This document shows, in pieces, positions 38,829-49,022 of a stretch of 64,000 nt of DNA (the stretch's first letter is position 1; every line of letters begins with the position of its first letter). The notes beneath the pieces are model-generated. The model worked only from the letters and a program-made list of their open reading frames with translations, had not been told where the DNA came from and searched no databases. The stretch lies in sequence record SRR9188677_86; one strand, written 5' to 3'. Made by a program: the position numbers and the translations under genes.

Positions 38829-40622
38829 ATGAAAATTAAGAAAATCTATAAATCTGCGATCTTTCTCAAAAGCATTTTTGTGATTTCTATTTTTGCTATA
38901 TTCTTTATTTCCGCAGTAACCTACAAACACATAAGCATCCTTAACAATTCCTCCAAATGGGTCACGCATTCGTATGATGTAAACCTGGAATTGGAGAGGC
39001 TGTTTTCGTATTTAAAAGATTCGGAAACCGGGCAGCGGGGTTTTCTGATTACCAAAGATTCTACTTTTTTACTGCCGTACATTGATTCTAAAACCAAGAT
39101 TGCGCATTCATTTGCTTTAGTCAAAAAATACACGAAAGACAATCCAGGCCAGGAACAAAACCTCAGAAAACTAGAATTTTACATCAGCAAAAGACAAAAC
39201 TACTTATCATCAAGTATGCACATGTCGCTGATGAGACCCCTAAACGACCCCAAACTGAAGGACAAGCTGGAAGTGGCCAAAGTTACTATGGACAGCATCC
39301 GAACGCAGATCAACCAGATGATACTGGTAGAGAAAAAGCTTTTGAAAGACCGCGAACACAATTATATAGACACTATAAAGGTTACACCTATTTTCGTCTA
39401 CATCACGCTTTTGACAACGCTTTTACTGATTTCGATTTCCTATATCCGAATCAACAAAGATTTAGATCGGTTTAAGATATCAAACAATCGTTTGGCCGTT
39501 TTGAATGAGTCTAATAATCTGGCAGAAATTGTCGGTAATTTTGGAAGCTGGCAGCTCAATATGGACACCAAAGAATATACCTTTTCAGATAATAGCTACA
39601 GACTCCTCGGATTCAAGCCTAATTCCTTTTTTGCGAGCCAGGAAAATTTTATGAAGCACATCCATCCGGAAGATATTGCTTCTTTTAGGGATGCCAATGA
39701 ACAAATGCTGGTTCATGGTTATATGGCTCCGTTTACCTACAGGGTTATCCGGAAAGATAAAAAAATCAGGTATTTTAGAACTACAGGAAGAATTGTAGCC
39801 AATAAATTTGGAGACGATATTTTGATTGGAACCACCAGCGATGTAACCGATGAAGTATTGGTATCCTTATCATTGGAACAGCAAAACCTGGAACTCGAAG
39901 CCAGTAACAAAGAGCTTTTGGCATTCAATTATGTGGCCAGCCACGATTTACAGGAACCTTTGCGAAAAATACAGACCTTCGTTTCCCGCTTATCCGATAA
40001 GGAATACGACAATCTTTCTGAAAGCGGCAAAGAATTTATGGGAAGAATCAACAATTCCGTAGAACGTATGCGAATCCTTATTGATGATTTGCTGCAGTAT
40101 TCTAGGACTACAAAAGTAGAAAAAGTATTTGAACAGATCGATTTGAACAACCTGCTGGAAAATGCCAAAAGCGATTCCCAACAGGCCATCGATGAAAAGA
40201 AAGCGATTATCCAAAGTGAAAAACTGCCTACCATTATGGTAGTTCCGTTCCAGATACAGCAACTTTTTGCCAATCTTATCGGAAATTCGCTCAAATACAG
40301 CAAAGAAAATGTGGCGCCAAAAATCAAGATTTCCTGCAAGAAGGTAGTTGCCAGTGAAGAAGAATTGATCCCGAAACAGTCCAAAGAGAAATTCTATAAA
40401 ATCACTTTTAAGGATAATGGAATTGGGTTTGAGCAGGAATATGCCGAAAAGATCTTCGTGCTGTTCAACCGCTTGCACAACAAAAATGAATATGCCGGAA
40501 CTGGAATAGGCCTGGCGATCTGCAAGAAAATCGTAGAAAACCATAAGGGGTTCATCTTTGCTGACTCGAAACCAAATGCCGGTGCTACCTTTACGGTTTA
40601 CCTTCCTGAAGAAAACAGCTAA
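38829..40622 (+). CDS. CHASE3/PAS sensor histidine kinase
   Basis: WVTHS..DSETGQRGFLIT (CHASE3), IHPED (PAS), SHDLQEPLRK, DNGIG, GTGIGL. Confidence 0.93.
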   Translation: MKIKKIYKSAIFLKSIFVISIFAIFFISAVTYKHISILNNSSKWVTHSYDVNLELERLFSYLKDSETGQRGFLITKDSTFLLPYIDSKTKIAHSFALVKKYTKDNPGQEQNLRKLEFYISKRQNYLSSSMHMSLMRPLNDPKLKDKLEVAKVTMDSIRTQINQMILVEKKLLKDREHNYIDTIKVTPIFVYITLLTTLLLISISYIRINKDLDRFKISNNRLAVLNESNNLAEIVGNFGSWQLNMDTKEYTFSDNSYRLLGFKPNSFFASQENFMKHIHPEDIASFRDANEQMLVHGYMAPFTYRVIRKDKKIRYFRTTGRIVANKFGDDILIGTTSDVTDEVLVSLSLEQQNLELEASNKELLAFNYVASHDLQEPLRKIQTFVSRLSDKEYDNLSESGKEFMGRINNSVERMRILIDDLLQYSRTTKVEKVFEQIDLNNLLENAKSDSQQAIDEKKAIIQSEKLPTIMVVPFQIQQLFANLIGNSLKYSKENVAPKIKISCKKVVASEEELIPKQSKEKFYKITFKDNGIGFEQEYAEKIFVLFNRLHNKNEYAGTGIGLAICKKIVENHKGFIFADSKPNAGATFTVYLPEENS

Positions 40623-40719
40623 TCTTTTTAATCAATTGAAATTGAAGATCCTAATCCTAAAGTTGCTATGGGATTTTTTGTTTAAACCCCCTATTTCATT
40701 GGCTTTTCAAATGGTAATA

Positions 40720-40776
40720 CTATAACAATTCAAAAAAAAGCTATAACAGGAAGCTTTGCTATTACTTGCAACTTTG
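40720..40776 (+). promoter_or_regulatory. CTATAACA x2 at 21-bp period plus non-consensus -7 box
   Basis: CTATAACA at 40720 and 40741; CAACTTTG at 40769-40776. Confidence 0.6.
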
Positions 40777-40818
40777 TAATGTAAAATGAAGAGGATTTTC
40801 TCTGAAAAATAAAATGCC

Positions 40819-40971
40819 ATGCAAAATTTACTTTACACAGTCGCATTAGTATTACTAATACTTTGGACATTAGGGTTCTTTGTTTACAATGCCGGTTCTA
40901 TAATACATATATTATTAGTGATTGCACTCATTGCAATTTTATTAAACATCATTAAAGGAAAAGAAGCCTAA
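40819..40971 (+). CDS. lmo0937-family small membrane protein, 50 aa (not in ORF track)
   Basis: MQNLLYTVALVLLILWTLGFFVYNAGSIIHILLVIALIAILLNIIKGKEA; W.LGF...G..IH.LLVIA signature. Confidence 0.85.
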   Translation: MQNLLYTVALVLLILWTLGFFVYNAGSIIHILLVIALIAILLNIIKGKEA

Positions 40972-41000
40972 AAATTAAATATAAATCTAAATTAAATACC

Positions 41001-41555
41001 ATGAAAACTATCTTAAGAAATTCAGCAAAATTAGCATTAGTAGCCTTATGCATGCTAGGCTCAACGACCATGTCTGCTCAGGAAATGTCAGCAGAAACAA
41101 AAAATTACGACAAAGGATTCCGAATTGGGTTTGGTGTAACGGGTGGTGTGCCCTTCCAAGACCCTTACGATATTAACGTTGGTGGAGACGTGAGATTACA
41201 ATACGATTTATCTAAACGATACTCATTTACACTTACAACAGGTTTCAATAACTTCTTTGTAAAAGGAGATGACAATGATCTGGGATATATTCCTGTAAAA
41301 GGTGGATTTAAAGCTTTTATCTTAAAAGATAAACTATACCTTTTAGGTGAGGCCGGAGCGGCATTTGCAGTAACTAACGATTACGACAAAACATCGCTGT
41401 TATTAAGTCCGGGAATTGGATATGCAACAGACATGATTGACGTAAGCTTACGCTACGAACATTATAATGATTTTCGAACATTGGAAGATAACGGAACAGT
41501 TGGAAAAGGATTGGGAATGATTGCTTTGAGATTTGCTTACGGATTTAGGCTTTAA
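41001..41555 (+). CDS. Outer-membrane beta-barrel protein
   Basis: Signal peptide, amphipathic beta strands, C-terminal LRFAYGFRL. Confidence 0.8.
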   Translation: MKTILRNSAKLALVALCMLGSTTMSAQEMSAETKNYDKGFRIGFGVTGGVPFQDPYDINVGGDVRLQYDLSKRYSFTLTTGFNNFFVKGDDNDLGYIPVKGGFKAFILKDKLYLLGEAGAAFAVTNDYDKTSLLLSPGIGYATDMIDVSLRYEHYNDFRTLEDNGTVGKGLGMIALRFAYGFRL

Positions 41556-41587
41556 AACTTTATCGCCTACTGCTAAGTAAGCAAAAC

Positions 41588-41621
41588 AAAACGGGCTACT
41601 ATTAAATAGTAGCCCGTTTTT
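41588..41621. terminator. Bidirectional intrinsic terminator
   Basis: AAAACGGGCTACTAT-TAA-ATAGTAGCCCGTTTTT. Confidence 0.88.
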
Positions 41622-41644
41622 AATTTTTACAATTCTCTTTTAGT

Positions 41645-42718
41645 TTAGAAAACTTCGCTCTCTTTTAGTTTTTCCATATTGTTAACCAACTGAAGCTCGT
41701 CAACAAACTTCTGGATTTTCCCATTCATTACTCCATCCATATCAAATACATCCAAACCAATTCTGTGGTCGGTTACACGGCCCTGTGCGTAGTTATACGT
41801 ACGGATTTTTGCAGAACGGTCTCCAGAGCTAACCTGAGACGTACGTTTGGTAGCATCTTCGGCCTGCTTTTTCGCCAATTCCTGCTCGTATAAACGCGAA
41901 CGCAATACTTCAAGAGCTTTGTCCTTATTCTTATGCTGAGATTTCTGGTCTTGGCATTGAGCCACCAAACCAGAAGGAATGTGTGTCAAACGAACTGCCG
42001 ATTTTGTAGTATTTACCGATTGCCCTCCAGGTCCAGACGAACAGAAGAAATCCACACGAACGTCATTCATATCTATTTGTACGTCAAACTCTTCTGCTTC
42101 CGGCAAAACCATTACTGTCGCTGCAGAGGTGTGTACACGTCCTTGAGTTTCTGTTTGCGGAACACGCTGTACACGGTGAACTCCCGCTTCAAACTTTAAA
42201 GTTCCGTATACATCTTCTCCTGTAACTTCAAAAATTACCTCTTTGAAACCACCCGAAGTTCCCTCGTTCATATCTACCGCAGAGGTTCTCCAGCCGCGTG
42301 CTTCGCAATACTTGGTGTACATTCTGTATAAGTCGCCAGCAAAAATGGAAGCTTCGTCCCCACCGGTTCCGGCACGGATTTCCACCATCACGTTTTTCGC
42401 ATCTTCCGGATCTTTCGGGATCAGCATGAACTTGATTTCCTCCTCCAATTCCGGTAAACGGCCTTTGGCTTCATCCAATTGCATCTTAGCCATTTCCACC
42501 ATTTCCGCATCCGAACCGTCGGCTATGATTTCGTTGGCTTCCTCTATATTTCCGGTGACGTTGATAAGCTCCTCGCGCTTTTCCATCAAAGCCTTCAATC
42601 CTTTGTATTCCTGATTTAACTGTACGTAACGTTTCTGATCTGAAATGACATCCGGCTGGATGATCAAATCCGAGATTTCATCAAAACGCTGTTTTACATA
42701 TTGCAATCTTTCTAACAT
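41645..42718 (-). CDS. prfA: Peptide chain release factor 1
   Basis: [15 protein letters not shown] (PxT motif), GPGGQ, RTYNY. Confidence 0.97.
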   Translation of the reverse strand: MLERLQYVKQRFDEISDLIIQPDVISDQKRYVQLNQEYKGLKALMEKREELINVTGNIEEANEIIADGSDAEMVEMAKMQLDEAKGRLPELEEEIKFMLIPKDPEDAKNVMVEIRAGTGGDEASIFAGDLYRMYTKYCEARGWRTSAVDMNEGTSGGFKEVIFEVTGEDVYGTLKFEAGVHRVQRVPQTETQGRVHTSAATVMVLPEAEEFDVQIDMNDVRVDFFCSSGPGGQSVNTTKSAVRLTHIPSGLVAQCQDQKSQHKNKDKALEVLRSRLYEQELAKKQAEDATKRTSQVSSGDRSAKIRTYNYAQGRVTDHRIGLDVFDMDGVMNGKIQKFVDELQLVNNMEKLKESEVF

Positions 42719-42864
42719 AACTTTGTTTATTTCGAGCGCAAAAATAGTAAAAAGTGTTCAATATTTTCGCCTTTTTAACCTTTCGTTTTTTGTGATAGAT
42801 TTAAGGTTTAAAAATCGGATTTAGGATAATGGTTTAGTAATTTTGTGATTATACATTTTTTAAA

Positions 42865-44145
42865 ATGACTTCATTCACAAAAATCAGGAAGAATTTACGT
42901 TACATCGTGTTTCAAAAATTAGCCATCGCCTCAATTTTAATCGCTGTTCTTTCATCTTTTTTAGCCATATCGCTGAAGCATACCACAGAACATTTAGAAA
43001 GTATTTTCTTTTTACAGACTGAAAACCAGCCTTTCTACATTTTTATTTTCCCTATAATCGGATTGCTGATCATTCATTTTCTGCGGCAGTATCTGTTCAA
43101 GAAAAAGGAAAACAAAGGCATCAAGGAAATTTTCGAGGCCACTAATTCAAAAAGCAAAAGCCTGCCTTTATATAAAATCCCATCGCATTTTATTAACGGA
43201 TTATTTACGGTTGCCTTTGGAGGTTCTACCGGGATTGAAGTTTCTACCGTAGTTTCAACAGCTGCAATTGGTGCGGCAGCCCATCAAAAAGAAAACCTTT
43301 TCAGAAAGTACAAAACCGAACTCATTTGTGCCGGAATTACAGCAGGAATCACCATTTTATTCAGCAGCCCGATAGCCGGAATTTTATTTTCGATAGAAGT
43401 GATTGCCAAAAAGACTAACCGGGTTTTCTTGCTGACCAACACTATTGCCTTATTAGTTGCTTCTCTCCTATTATTGCTGATAAACGAAGAACCCTTATTT
43501 GCGGTTTCGATCATAAGCTGGCATTTTTATGCGGTTCCGTATTTTATCCTGCTTGGGATTTTGGCCGGAATCAATTCGGTTTTCCTTACTAAGATGGTTA
43601 TATTTTTCAAAACACAATTCGCAAGAATGGACAATCCCTTCCATAAAATTATTTTGGGCGCACTAATTCTTAGCCTGTCGTTATTCTTTTTTCCTCAATT
43701 ATACGGCGACGGCTACCATGCAATGAAAGGCCTGTTCTCAGATTCAAATTCAACGGCAACGTTAGGATTTATGGCAACATTTGTAGCAATTTTAGTTTTG
43801 AAGCCAATTGTAACATCAGCAACTTTGGCTTCCGGCGGCGATGGTGGCGTATTTGCTCCTAGCCTGTTCATTGGAGCATTTTTAGGCTTGCTTTTGGCTA
43901 CTGTTTTAAATACCTTTTTTAATGCCGGTGTAATTCCGGTAAACTTTATGGTCATTGGGATGGCGGCAGTTTTAAGCGCAAGCATTCACGCGCCGTTTAC
44001 TGCTTTGTTCCTGGTTTGCGGAATGACAAACGACTATACTTTGTTCTTCCCTATCCTTATGGTTTGCCTTATTGCGAAATATACCTCGAAACTGATTTTT
44101 CCGTTTACCGTTTATAGTTATTCTCCAGCGGTTTTAAAACCTTAA
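42865..44145 (+). CDS. CLC-family anion channel/transporter (no CBS domains)
   Basis: GGSTGIEVS, FSSPIAGILFSIE, GGDGGVFAPSLFIGA, HAPFTA. Confidence 0.88.
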   Translation: MTSFTKIRKNLRYIVFQKLAIASILIAVLSSFLAISLKHTTEHLESIFFLQTENQPFYIFIFPIIGLLIIHFLRQYLFKKKENKGIKEIFEATNSKSKSLPLYKIPSHFINGLFTVAFGGSTGIEVSTVVSTAAIGAAAHQKENLFRKYKTELICAGITAGITILFSSPIAGILFSIEVIAKKTNRVFLLTNTIALLVASLLLLLINEEPLFAVSIISWHFYAVPYFILLGILAGINSVFLTKMVIFFKTQFARMDNPFHKIILGALILSLSLFFFPQLYGDGYHAMKGLFSDSNSTATLGFMATFVAILVLKPIVTSATLASGGDGGVFAPSLFIGAFLGLLLATVLNTFFNAGVIPVNFMVIGMAAVLSASIHAPFTALFLVCGMTNDYTLFFPILMVCLIAKYTSKLIFPFTVYSYSPAVLKP

Positions 44146-44148
44146 AGT

Positions 44149-44757
44149 ATGCCGATTAAAAAAATAAAGAGAGGATACCGCAAAACCCGATACATCCTTT
44201 ACAGGGAAACTTTAATTAATTTTAAGGAGCATCTTTGGGCATTCATAGGCTCGTTTATCGGAATCGGCATCATTGCCTATCTGCAATCCCAAACCTTACC
44301 GCATTCGGATGTGATTTATCTTATTGGGTCTTTTGGGGCTTCAAGTGTTTTGGTATACGGAGTTATTCAAAGCCCACTGGCACAGCCCCGTAACCTAATA
44401 GGCGGACATTTGGTTTCGGCCTTGGTTGGCGTTACAGTGCAAAAGCTCGCTCCGGATATTTTATGGTTAACGGCACCACTCGCAGTTTCTATTTCCATCG
44501 TTTTGATGCAGATTACAAAAACACTGCATCCGCCCGGAGGAGCCACTGCTTTGATTGCAGTGACGGGTTCGGTCGAACTAAAAAACCTTGGCTACTGGTA
44601 TGTGGTTTGCCCGGTTTTGGCCGGAAGTTTCATTTTACTTGTTGTTGCCTTATTCTTCAATAACATTACTTCAAACAGACAATATCCGGTAGGCAAAAAG
44701 TTTTCGGAAATCAGAAAAAGAATCCCTTTCTTTCCAAAATATCAAAATCATAAATAA
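44149..44757 (+). CDS. HPP family membrane protein
   Basis: SFGASSVL, SPLAQPRNLIGGH, LHPPGGATAL. Confidence 0.92.
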   Translation: MPIKKIKRGYRKTRYILYRETLINFKEHLWAFIGSFIGIGIIAYLQSQTLPHSDVIYLIGSFGASSVLVYGVIQSPLAQPRNLIGGHLVSALVGVTVQKLAPDILWLTAPLAVSISIVLMQITKTLHPPGGATALIAVTGSVELKNLGYWYVVCPVLAGSFILLVVALFFNNITSNRQYPVGKKFSEIRKRIPFFPKYQNHK

Positions 44758-44791
44758 GTTTAGTATTTTTACGGAAACCTAAACAAATCTT

Positions 44792-45274
44792 ATGAAACTA
44801 AATAAGCTGCATTTACTGTCTTTGGCTTTAATCGCTTTAGCCTCATGCCAAAACCAATCAGAAAATAAATTCGCGAAAATCAAAAAAATGGACTGGCTGC
44901 TAGGCAATTGGGAACAAAAACTTCCGGAGGGTACGTTAACCGAAATCTGGAAAAAAGAGAATGACAGCACCTTTTCGGGGAAAAGTTTTTTTGTAAAAGA
45001 GGAAGATACGATTCATTCGGAAAAAATCATCCTGTCCCAAAAAAAAGATGACCTTCTGTACATCCCAACAGTAAAGGGGCAAAACAATGATGAGCCGGTT
45101 ACCTTTACCCTTTCTTCTGAAGCCGGGAACATTTTTACTTTTGAAAATCCGGCACATGATTACCCTCAGAAGATCAGTTATAAAAAGATAAGCGAGACCA
45201 GTTTAATTGCTACGGTTTCGGGAAAGCAGCAAGGGAAACAAAGCCAGGAAAGTTTTTCAATGACCAAGAAATAA
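44792..45274 (+). CDS. DUF6265-like lipoprotein
   Basis: Lipobox LASC; WLLGNW, FENPAHDYPQKISY. Confidence 0.75.
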   Translation: MKLNKLHLLSLALIALASCQNQSENKFAKIKKMDWLLGNWEQKLPEGTLTEIWKKENDSTFSGKSFFVKEEDTIHSEKIILSQKKDDLLYIPTVKGQNNDEPVTFTLSSEAGNIFTFENPAHDYPQKISYKKISETSLIATVSGKQQGKQSQESFSMTKK

Positions 45275-45290
45275 TCGAATTCAATCAAAT

Positions 45291-45327
45291 AAAAAACCAT
45301 CTTATGATTTATAAGATGGTTTTTTTT
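45291..45327. terminator. Bidirectional intrinsic terminator
   Basis: A6-CCATCTTAT-GATTT-ATAAGATGG-T8. Confidence 0.88.
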
Positions 45328-45350
45328 GTTTTAACAATTTATACGTTTAA

Positions 45351-46781
45351 CTAATTCAGTTTTACGTATTCAAATGTGGTAGTTCCCCTTTCGCTGGAAG
45401 TGCTTAGTAGCGAAGTGAATTTTATTTTATAGATATTTCCTGCAGCGTCTTTAAGTACATAAAAACGATCGGTTTTAACGGCTAAAGGCACCGTCGTACG
45501 CCAGTTGGCACCGATTGCTCTTCTATCTTGAGCAGCAGCAGTTTCGAAGTTTGCGGTGGTAACATTGGCCAATGTAAAATTAGCATACGAAACTCCGGAT
45601 GTCAACACCTCGTAAGCTCTTGTTCTGTTCAGACTGTTTGTGATAACGAAATCACCAAAGAAATAAGAAACATCCTGATTGTTGAATTGCGTGTAATTCA
45701 TAAACGGTGTCAATACAAGATCCCATTTGTCTTTTTGCGGTTCAGCATTTGGAACTGCTGTTCCAGTAACCAAACTGAAGAAAGAATGGTTGTAAGCCGT
45801 ATTTTTGGAAATGATAACTTCATTATGCGTTGTAGCATCAATGTTGGCATACTGCAGTTTATAGTCGTTCCCGCTTCTCAGGATCCTGATTTTTCTCCAG
45901 CCTCTGTCAGCTCCGGACAAAGCAGCTGAAGTTCCTGTTGCAGGTGTTGCAGAAATATCCTGTCCGAGGTTAACCAAATACACTTTGTTATCAGCATCGG
46001 TTGCAGAAACGGGTGCAATAGCCGTAGCAGTCGGAAAATCTGTTGAAGTGGATAAATTGCCATAAGGAAAATCAATGAATCCAGCTCCTGCCGGATCGTA
46101 ATTTCCTGTTGTAACATTAGGATCAGCTGCCTGAACTTCATCAATATTTGTTGTTGAAAGTTGTTTTACTGCCAATCGGTTCACTGCTGTATTTAAAACT
46201 ACCCTGAAATCGGTTCCGGAATAGAATCCTAATTCCCATCCAACTCTTGAAACTGCAGTTTGAGCACCGGAACTTAGGTCAATGTAAACAGCATTGGGAA
46301 GCCTGTTACCACCATTTTCAGCAATTGTAGTATTTGCTGAAACCGCCACTTCGTTAAAATTCAACTGAACGAAATTAGTTTCTGCCGGAATCTCAATTCC
46401 TGCCTGGGAAATTACAGAAATAGTGAATTTAACATTTTTCGACTGTCCTTCTGTTGCATCAATTAACTTAGAAAATGAAAAAGAGGCTGAAGTGGCTCCT
46501 TTACCATAAGGAACCATAACTGTTGTTCCTGCTGCAGTCGGAGTAGTTCTAAAATCGGTTCCGTAAACTACATTGGCAGATTCTAAAGTTACCGTAATGG
46601 TTCCGGCAGAAGTTGTTGGGCTGGAGAAAGCAATAGTGACAGGAGTTTCTGCGGCGGTAAGGTTTACAGCCTGGTTCACAAACGCGGCCTTTACTGCTGT
46701 TTCCGGTCCGTTGTCATCGCTACTACATCCGTAAATGGTAATAGCCAGAGCTGATAAAAATAAGAAAATACTTTTTTTCAT
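45351..46781 (-). CDS. HmuY-family lipoprotein with an extra N-terminal beta-sandwich domain
   Basis: Lipobox IYGC + SSDD; WELGF, WDLVL, AIGANWR, FYVLKDAAGNIYKIKF; start moved to ATG 46781. Confidence 0.8.
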   Translation of the reverse strand: MKKSIFLFLSALAITIYGCSSDDNGPETAVKAAFVNQAVNLTAAETPVTIAFSSPTTSAGTITVTLESANVVYGTDFRTTPTAAGTTVMVPYGKGATSASFSFSKLIDATEGQSKNVKFTISVISQAGIEIPAETNFVQLNFNEVAVSANTTIAENGGNRLPNAVYIDLSSGAQTAVSRVGWELGFYSGTDFRVVLNTAVNRLAVKQLSTTNIDEVQAADPNVTTGNYDPAGAGFIDFPYGNLSTSTDFPTATAIAPVSATDADNKVYLVNLGQDISATPATGTSAALSGADRGWRKIRILRSGNDYKLQYANIDATTHNEVIISKNTAYNHSFFSLVTGTAVPNAEPQKDKWDLVLTPFMNYTQFNNQDVSYFFGDFVITNSLNRTRAYEVLTSGVSYANFTLANVTTANFETAAAQDRRAIGANWRTTVPLAVKTDRFYVLKDAAGNIYKIKFTSLLSTSSERGTTTFEYVKLN

Positions 46782-46797
46782 GGTAATTATATTTAGG

Positions 46798-48924
46798 TTA
46801 AAAATTAAGGTTGTACATAAGCCTGATAAAATAAGAGCGGCCATAGCCTAACAAGACGCTGGACGAAGTGCTGTGTGCTGCGGAAGCAAACCCTTGGCTC
46901 AAACTGGTGATGTCCAGCAGGTTTCTTACACCGGCCGTAAGTTCCAACTGCTTTTTATAAAATGATTTCCTCACTGAGGCATCAACAATGGAATAACTCT
47001 CCCGCTCCGAAAGTTTGTAAACCGGCTCTGTTCCTTCAACTACTGCTGTAAATTGCTGTTCTTTTCCGTAGAACTTGTAATAAACAGAGAACATCATATT
47101 GGGCTTTTTCCATTCATAGGAAAGGGAAGCATTGGCCTGCAAATTATTTAGGAACCTGTCATCTGAAACTGCTTCCCCATTATCAATAACCTGAGAAAGC
47201 CCAACATAAACAAGGCCCATAGAAGCATTCCAGTTACTATAATTAAACTGATGGGTTGTGGCAATATTCCACATTTTATAGGCGTTGATGTTGATATACT
47301 GCCAAACAGGAAATGTGGTTCCCGGCTGGGTACCGATCAGTGCCATAGAAATCCTGTCATCAACATCAAGATATCCTGCTGAGATTTGATTGGAGAGTTT
47401 GGCTTCGGATTTGAAATAGATAACTCTTTTTATGCTAAAATCTACTGAGGTACTTAACTCCGGAACCAGGTTTTCATTGCCATAAAAATTATGCCCTGAA
47501 AACTGTATTTTTGAATACAATTCTTCAAAAGTGGGTACCCTGTAAGAGTTTCCCAAAGAAGCCCTAAATTCAATATCATTCTTGAATAAATAGCGCAACC
47601 CAAATGATGTTGCCGTAAGGTCATCAAATTGTGACTGTAAAGAAGCCCTTAATCCTGCACGAACCAAAAGCCTTTGAGTCACTTTTACTTCAGAAGCTGC
47701 AAAGAAATCGTAGTTTTCAAATCGTTTATCAAATGCTTTAAATTGCTCATCCGGGGCATCAAGCAACGCATACCCCTTGTTGTTTACAAACTCATACCCT
47801 AACTGCAGATCGACTTTGTCATTTTTGAAAAAATTGCTTAAAGTTCCGGTGGAATACAACACGTTTGCTTCCTGAAATTTTGTGGTGCTATTTTCAGTTT
47901 CAGCATTAAGCTGGAAATCGTACACAAAATCCTCCGTATTCCTGGTTTGCTTTTGTTGGGAAACCGTAACATTGTATTTGAGGTCAAATACCGAACCGGT
48001 CAAATTCAAATGATGGTAAAAACGTTCGGTTTTATAGCGTTTATCCTTTGCATAAACATTTTGCCCAAATGGCGGATTTGGAGTAACCCGGACCGTTGGA
48101 TTAAAATAATCGATAGTCTCGTTCATGTAATCAAACTTATAGAACGCCTGAAAGCTGTTCTTGTGGTAGGCCAGCATTCCATTGGTAAAATACTGCAGCT
48201 TCGGAAGCCAGGTATACCCTCTCAAACCATCTGCAACAGGGTGGCTTTCTCCTTTTCTGTTGTCCAGATACCCGGCAAAATCATTTCTGTTGAACCCTAC
48301 CGAAGCAAACCAATTTTCTGAAACTTTATTGGAAACCTTTACCGATTGGATGTGTTTTCCTTTATTAAAAACTGCATACTCTTCGCCCACAGTTTCTTCA
48401 TTAACAGCCGCATTGATTTCCCATTTGTATTTGGAATTTTTCTTGGTAATGATATTCAGGATTCCGCTTACTGCTCCGGCTCCGTGGGTAACTCCCATTG
48501 AACCTTCAATAATTTCTATCTGTTCCACATCATCAAGGTTGATCTGGGTCAAATCGATATTGTTTCCCATGCTGCTGTCGCTTACTATCGGTACGTTGTC
48601 AACCAAAATCTTAAAATACGAAGCATCAAGGCCAAACATAGAAACGGTAGAACGTCCGGTTCCCGATTCAGGCATAATTCTGATGTTTAAATATTGATTT
48701 AAAACATCTGCCAGATTGGTAGCTGCCAATTTTTGAATATCGCTTTTTGTAATGATGCGAACATTGTTAACGGCTTTCTTTAAAGACTGTGGCCCAAATT
48801 GAGCCGTTATAACAACATCCTGCAATTGTTCTCCTTTGAGGCTGTCTAAAGCAGTCTCTTTCTGCGAAAACATCAAATTTGAGCAGGCAAACAATAAACA
48901 AACAAAATATCTATTTAGAAGCAT
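46798..48924 (-). CDS. TonB-dependent receptor (HmuR-like)
   Basis: DVVITA TonB box, plug IEIIEGS..GAVSGILNIITK, NENLVPE, C-terminal YNLNF; upstream of hmuY-like gene. Confidence 0.88.
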   Translation of the reverse strand: MLLNRYFVCLLFACSNLMFSQKETALDSLKGEQLQDVVITAQFGPQSLKKAVNNVRIITKSDIQKLAATNLADVLNQYLNIRIMPESGTGRSTVSMFGLDASYFKILVDNVPIVSDSSMGNNIDLTQINLDDVEQIEIIEGSMGVTHGAGAVSGILNIITKKNSKYKWEINAAVNEETVGEEYAVFNKGKHIQSVKVSNKVSENWFASVGFNRNDFAGYLDNRKGESHPVADGLRGYTWLPKLQYFTNGMLAYHKNSFQAFYKFDYMNETIDYFNPTVRVTPNPPFGQNVYAKDKRYKTERFYHHLNLTGSVFDLKYNVTVSQQKQTRNTEDFVYDFQLNAETENSTTKFQEANVLYSTGTLSNFFKNDKVDLQLGYEFVNNKGYALLDAPDEQFKAFDKRFENYDFFAASEVKVTQRLLVRAGLRASLQSQFDDLTATSFGLRYLFKNDIEFRASLGNSYRVPTFEELYSKIQFSGHNFYGNENLVPELSTSVDFSIKRVIYFKSEAKLSNQISAGYLDVDDRISMALIGTQPGTTFPVWQYININAYKMWNIATTHQFNYSNWNASMGLVYVGLSQVIDNGEAVSDDRFLNNLQANASLSYEWKKPNMMFSVYYKFYGKEQQFTAVVEGTEPVYKLSERESYSIVDASVRKSFYKKQLELTAGVRNLLDITSLSQGFASAAHSTSSSVLLGYGRSYFIRLMYNLNF

Positions 48925-48933
48925 TCTTAATAA
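48911..48933. promoter_or_regulatory. Iron-box operator A (9-5-9 palindrome)
   Basis: CTATTTAGA-AGCAT-TCTTAATAA, overlapping the receptor start codon. Confidence 0.65.
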
Positions 48934-48953
48934 TTTTGATGCAAATATATATG

Positions 48954-48976
48954 TTATTTTTAATTGTTCTAAATAA
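48954..48976. promoter_or_regulatory. Iron-box operator B between divergent -7 boxes
   Basis: TTATTTTTA-ATTGT-TCTAAATAA; TATATTTG boxes at 48942-48949 (-) and 48983-48990 (+). Confidence 0.7.
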
Positions 48977-49022
48977 ATATAATATATTTGCAGTAGAAAT
49001 TTTTATTAAATATTATAACCGT

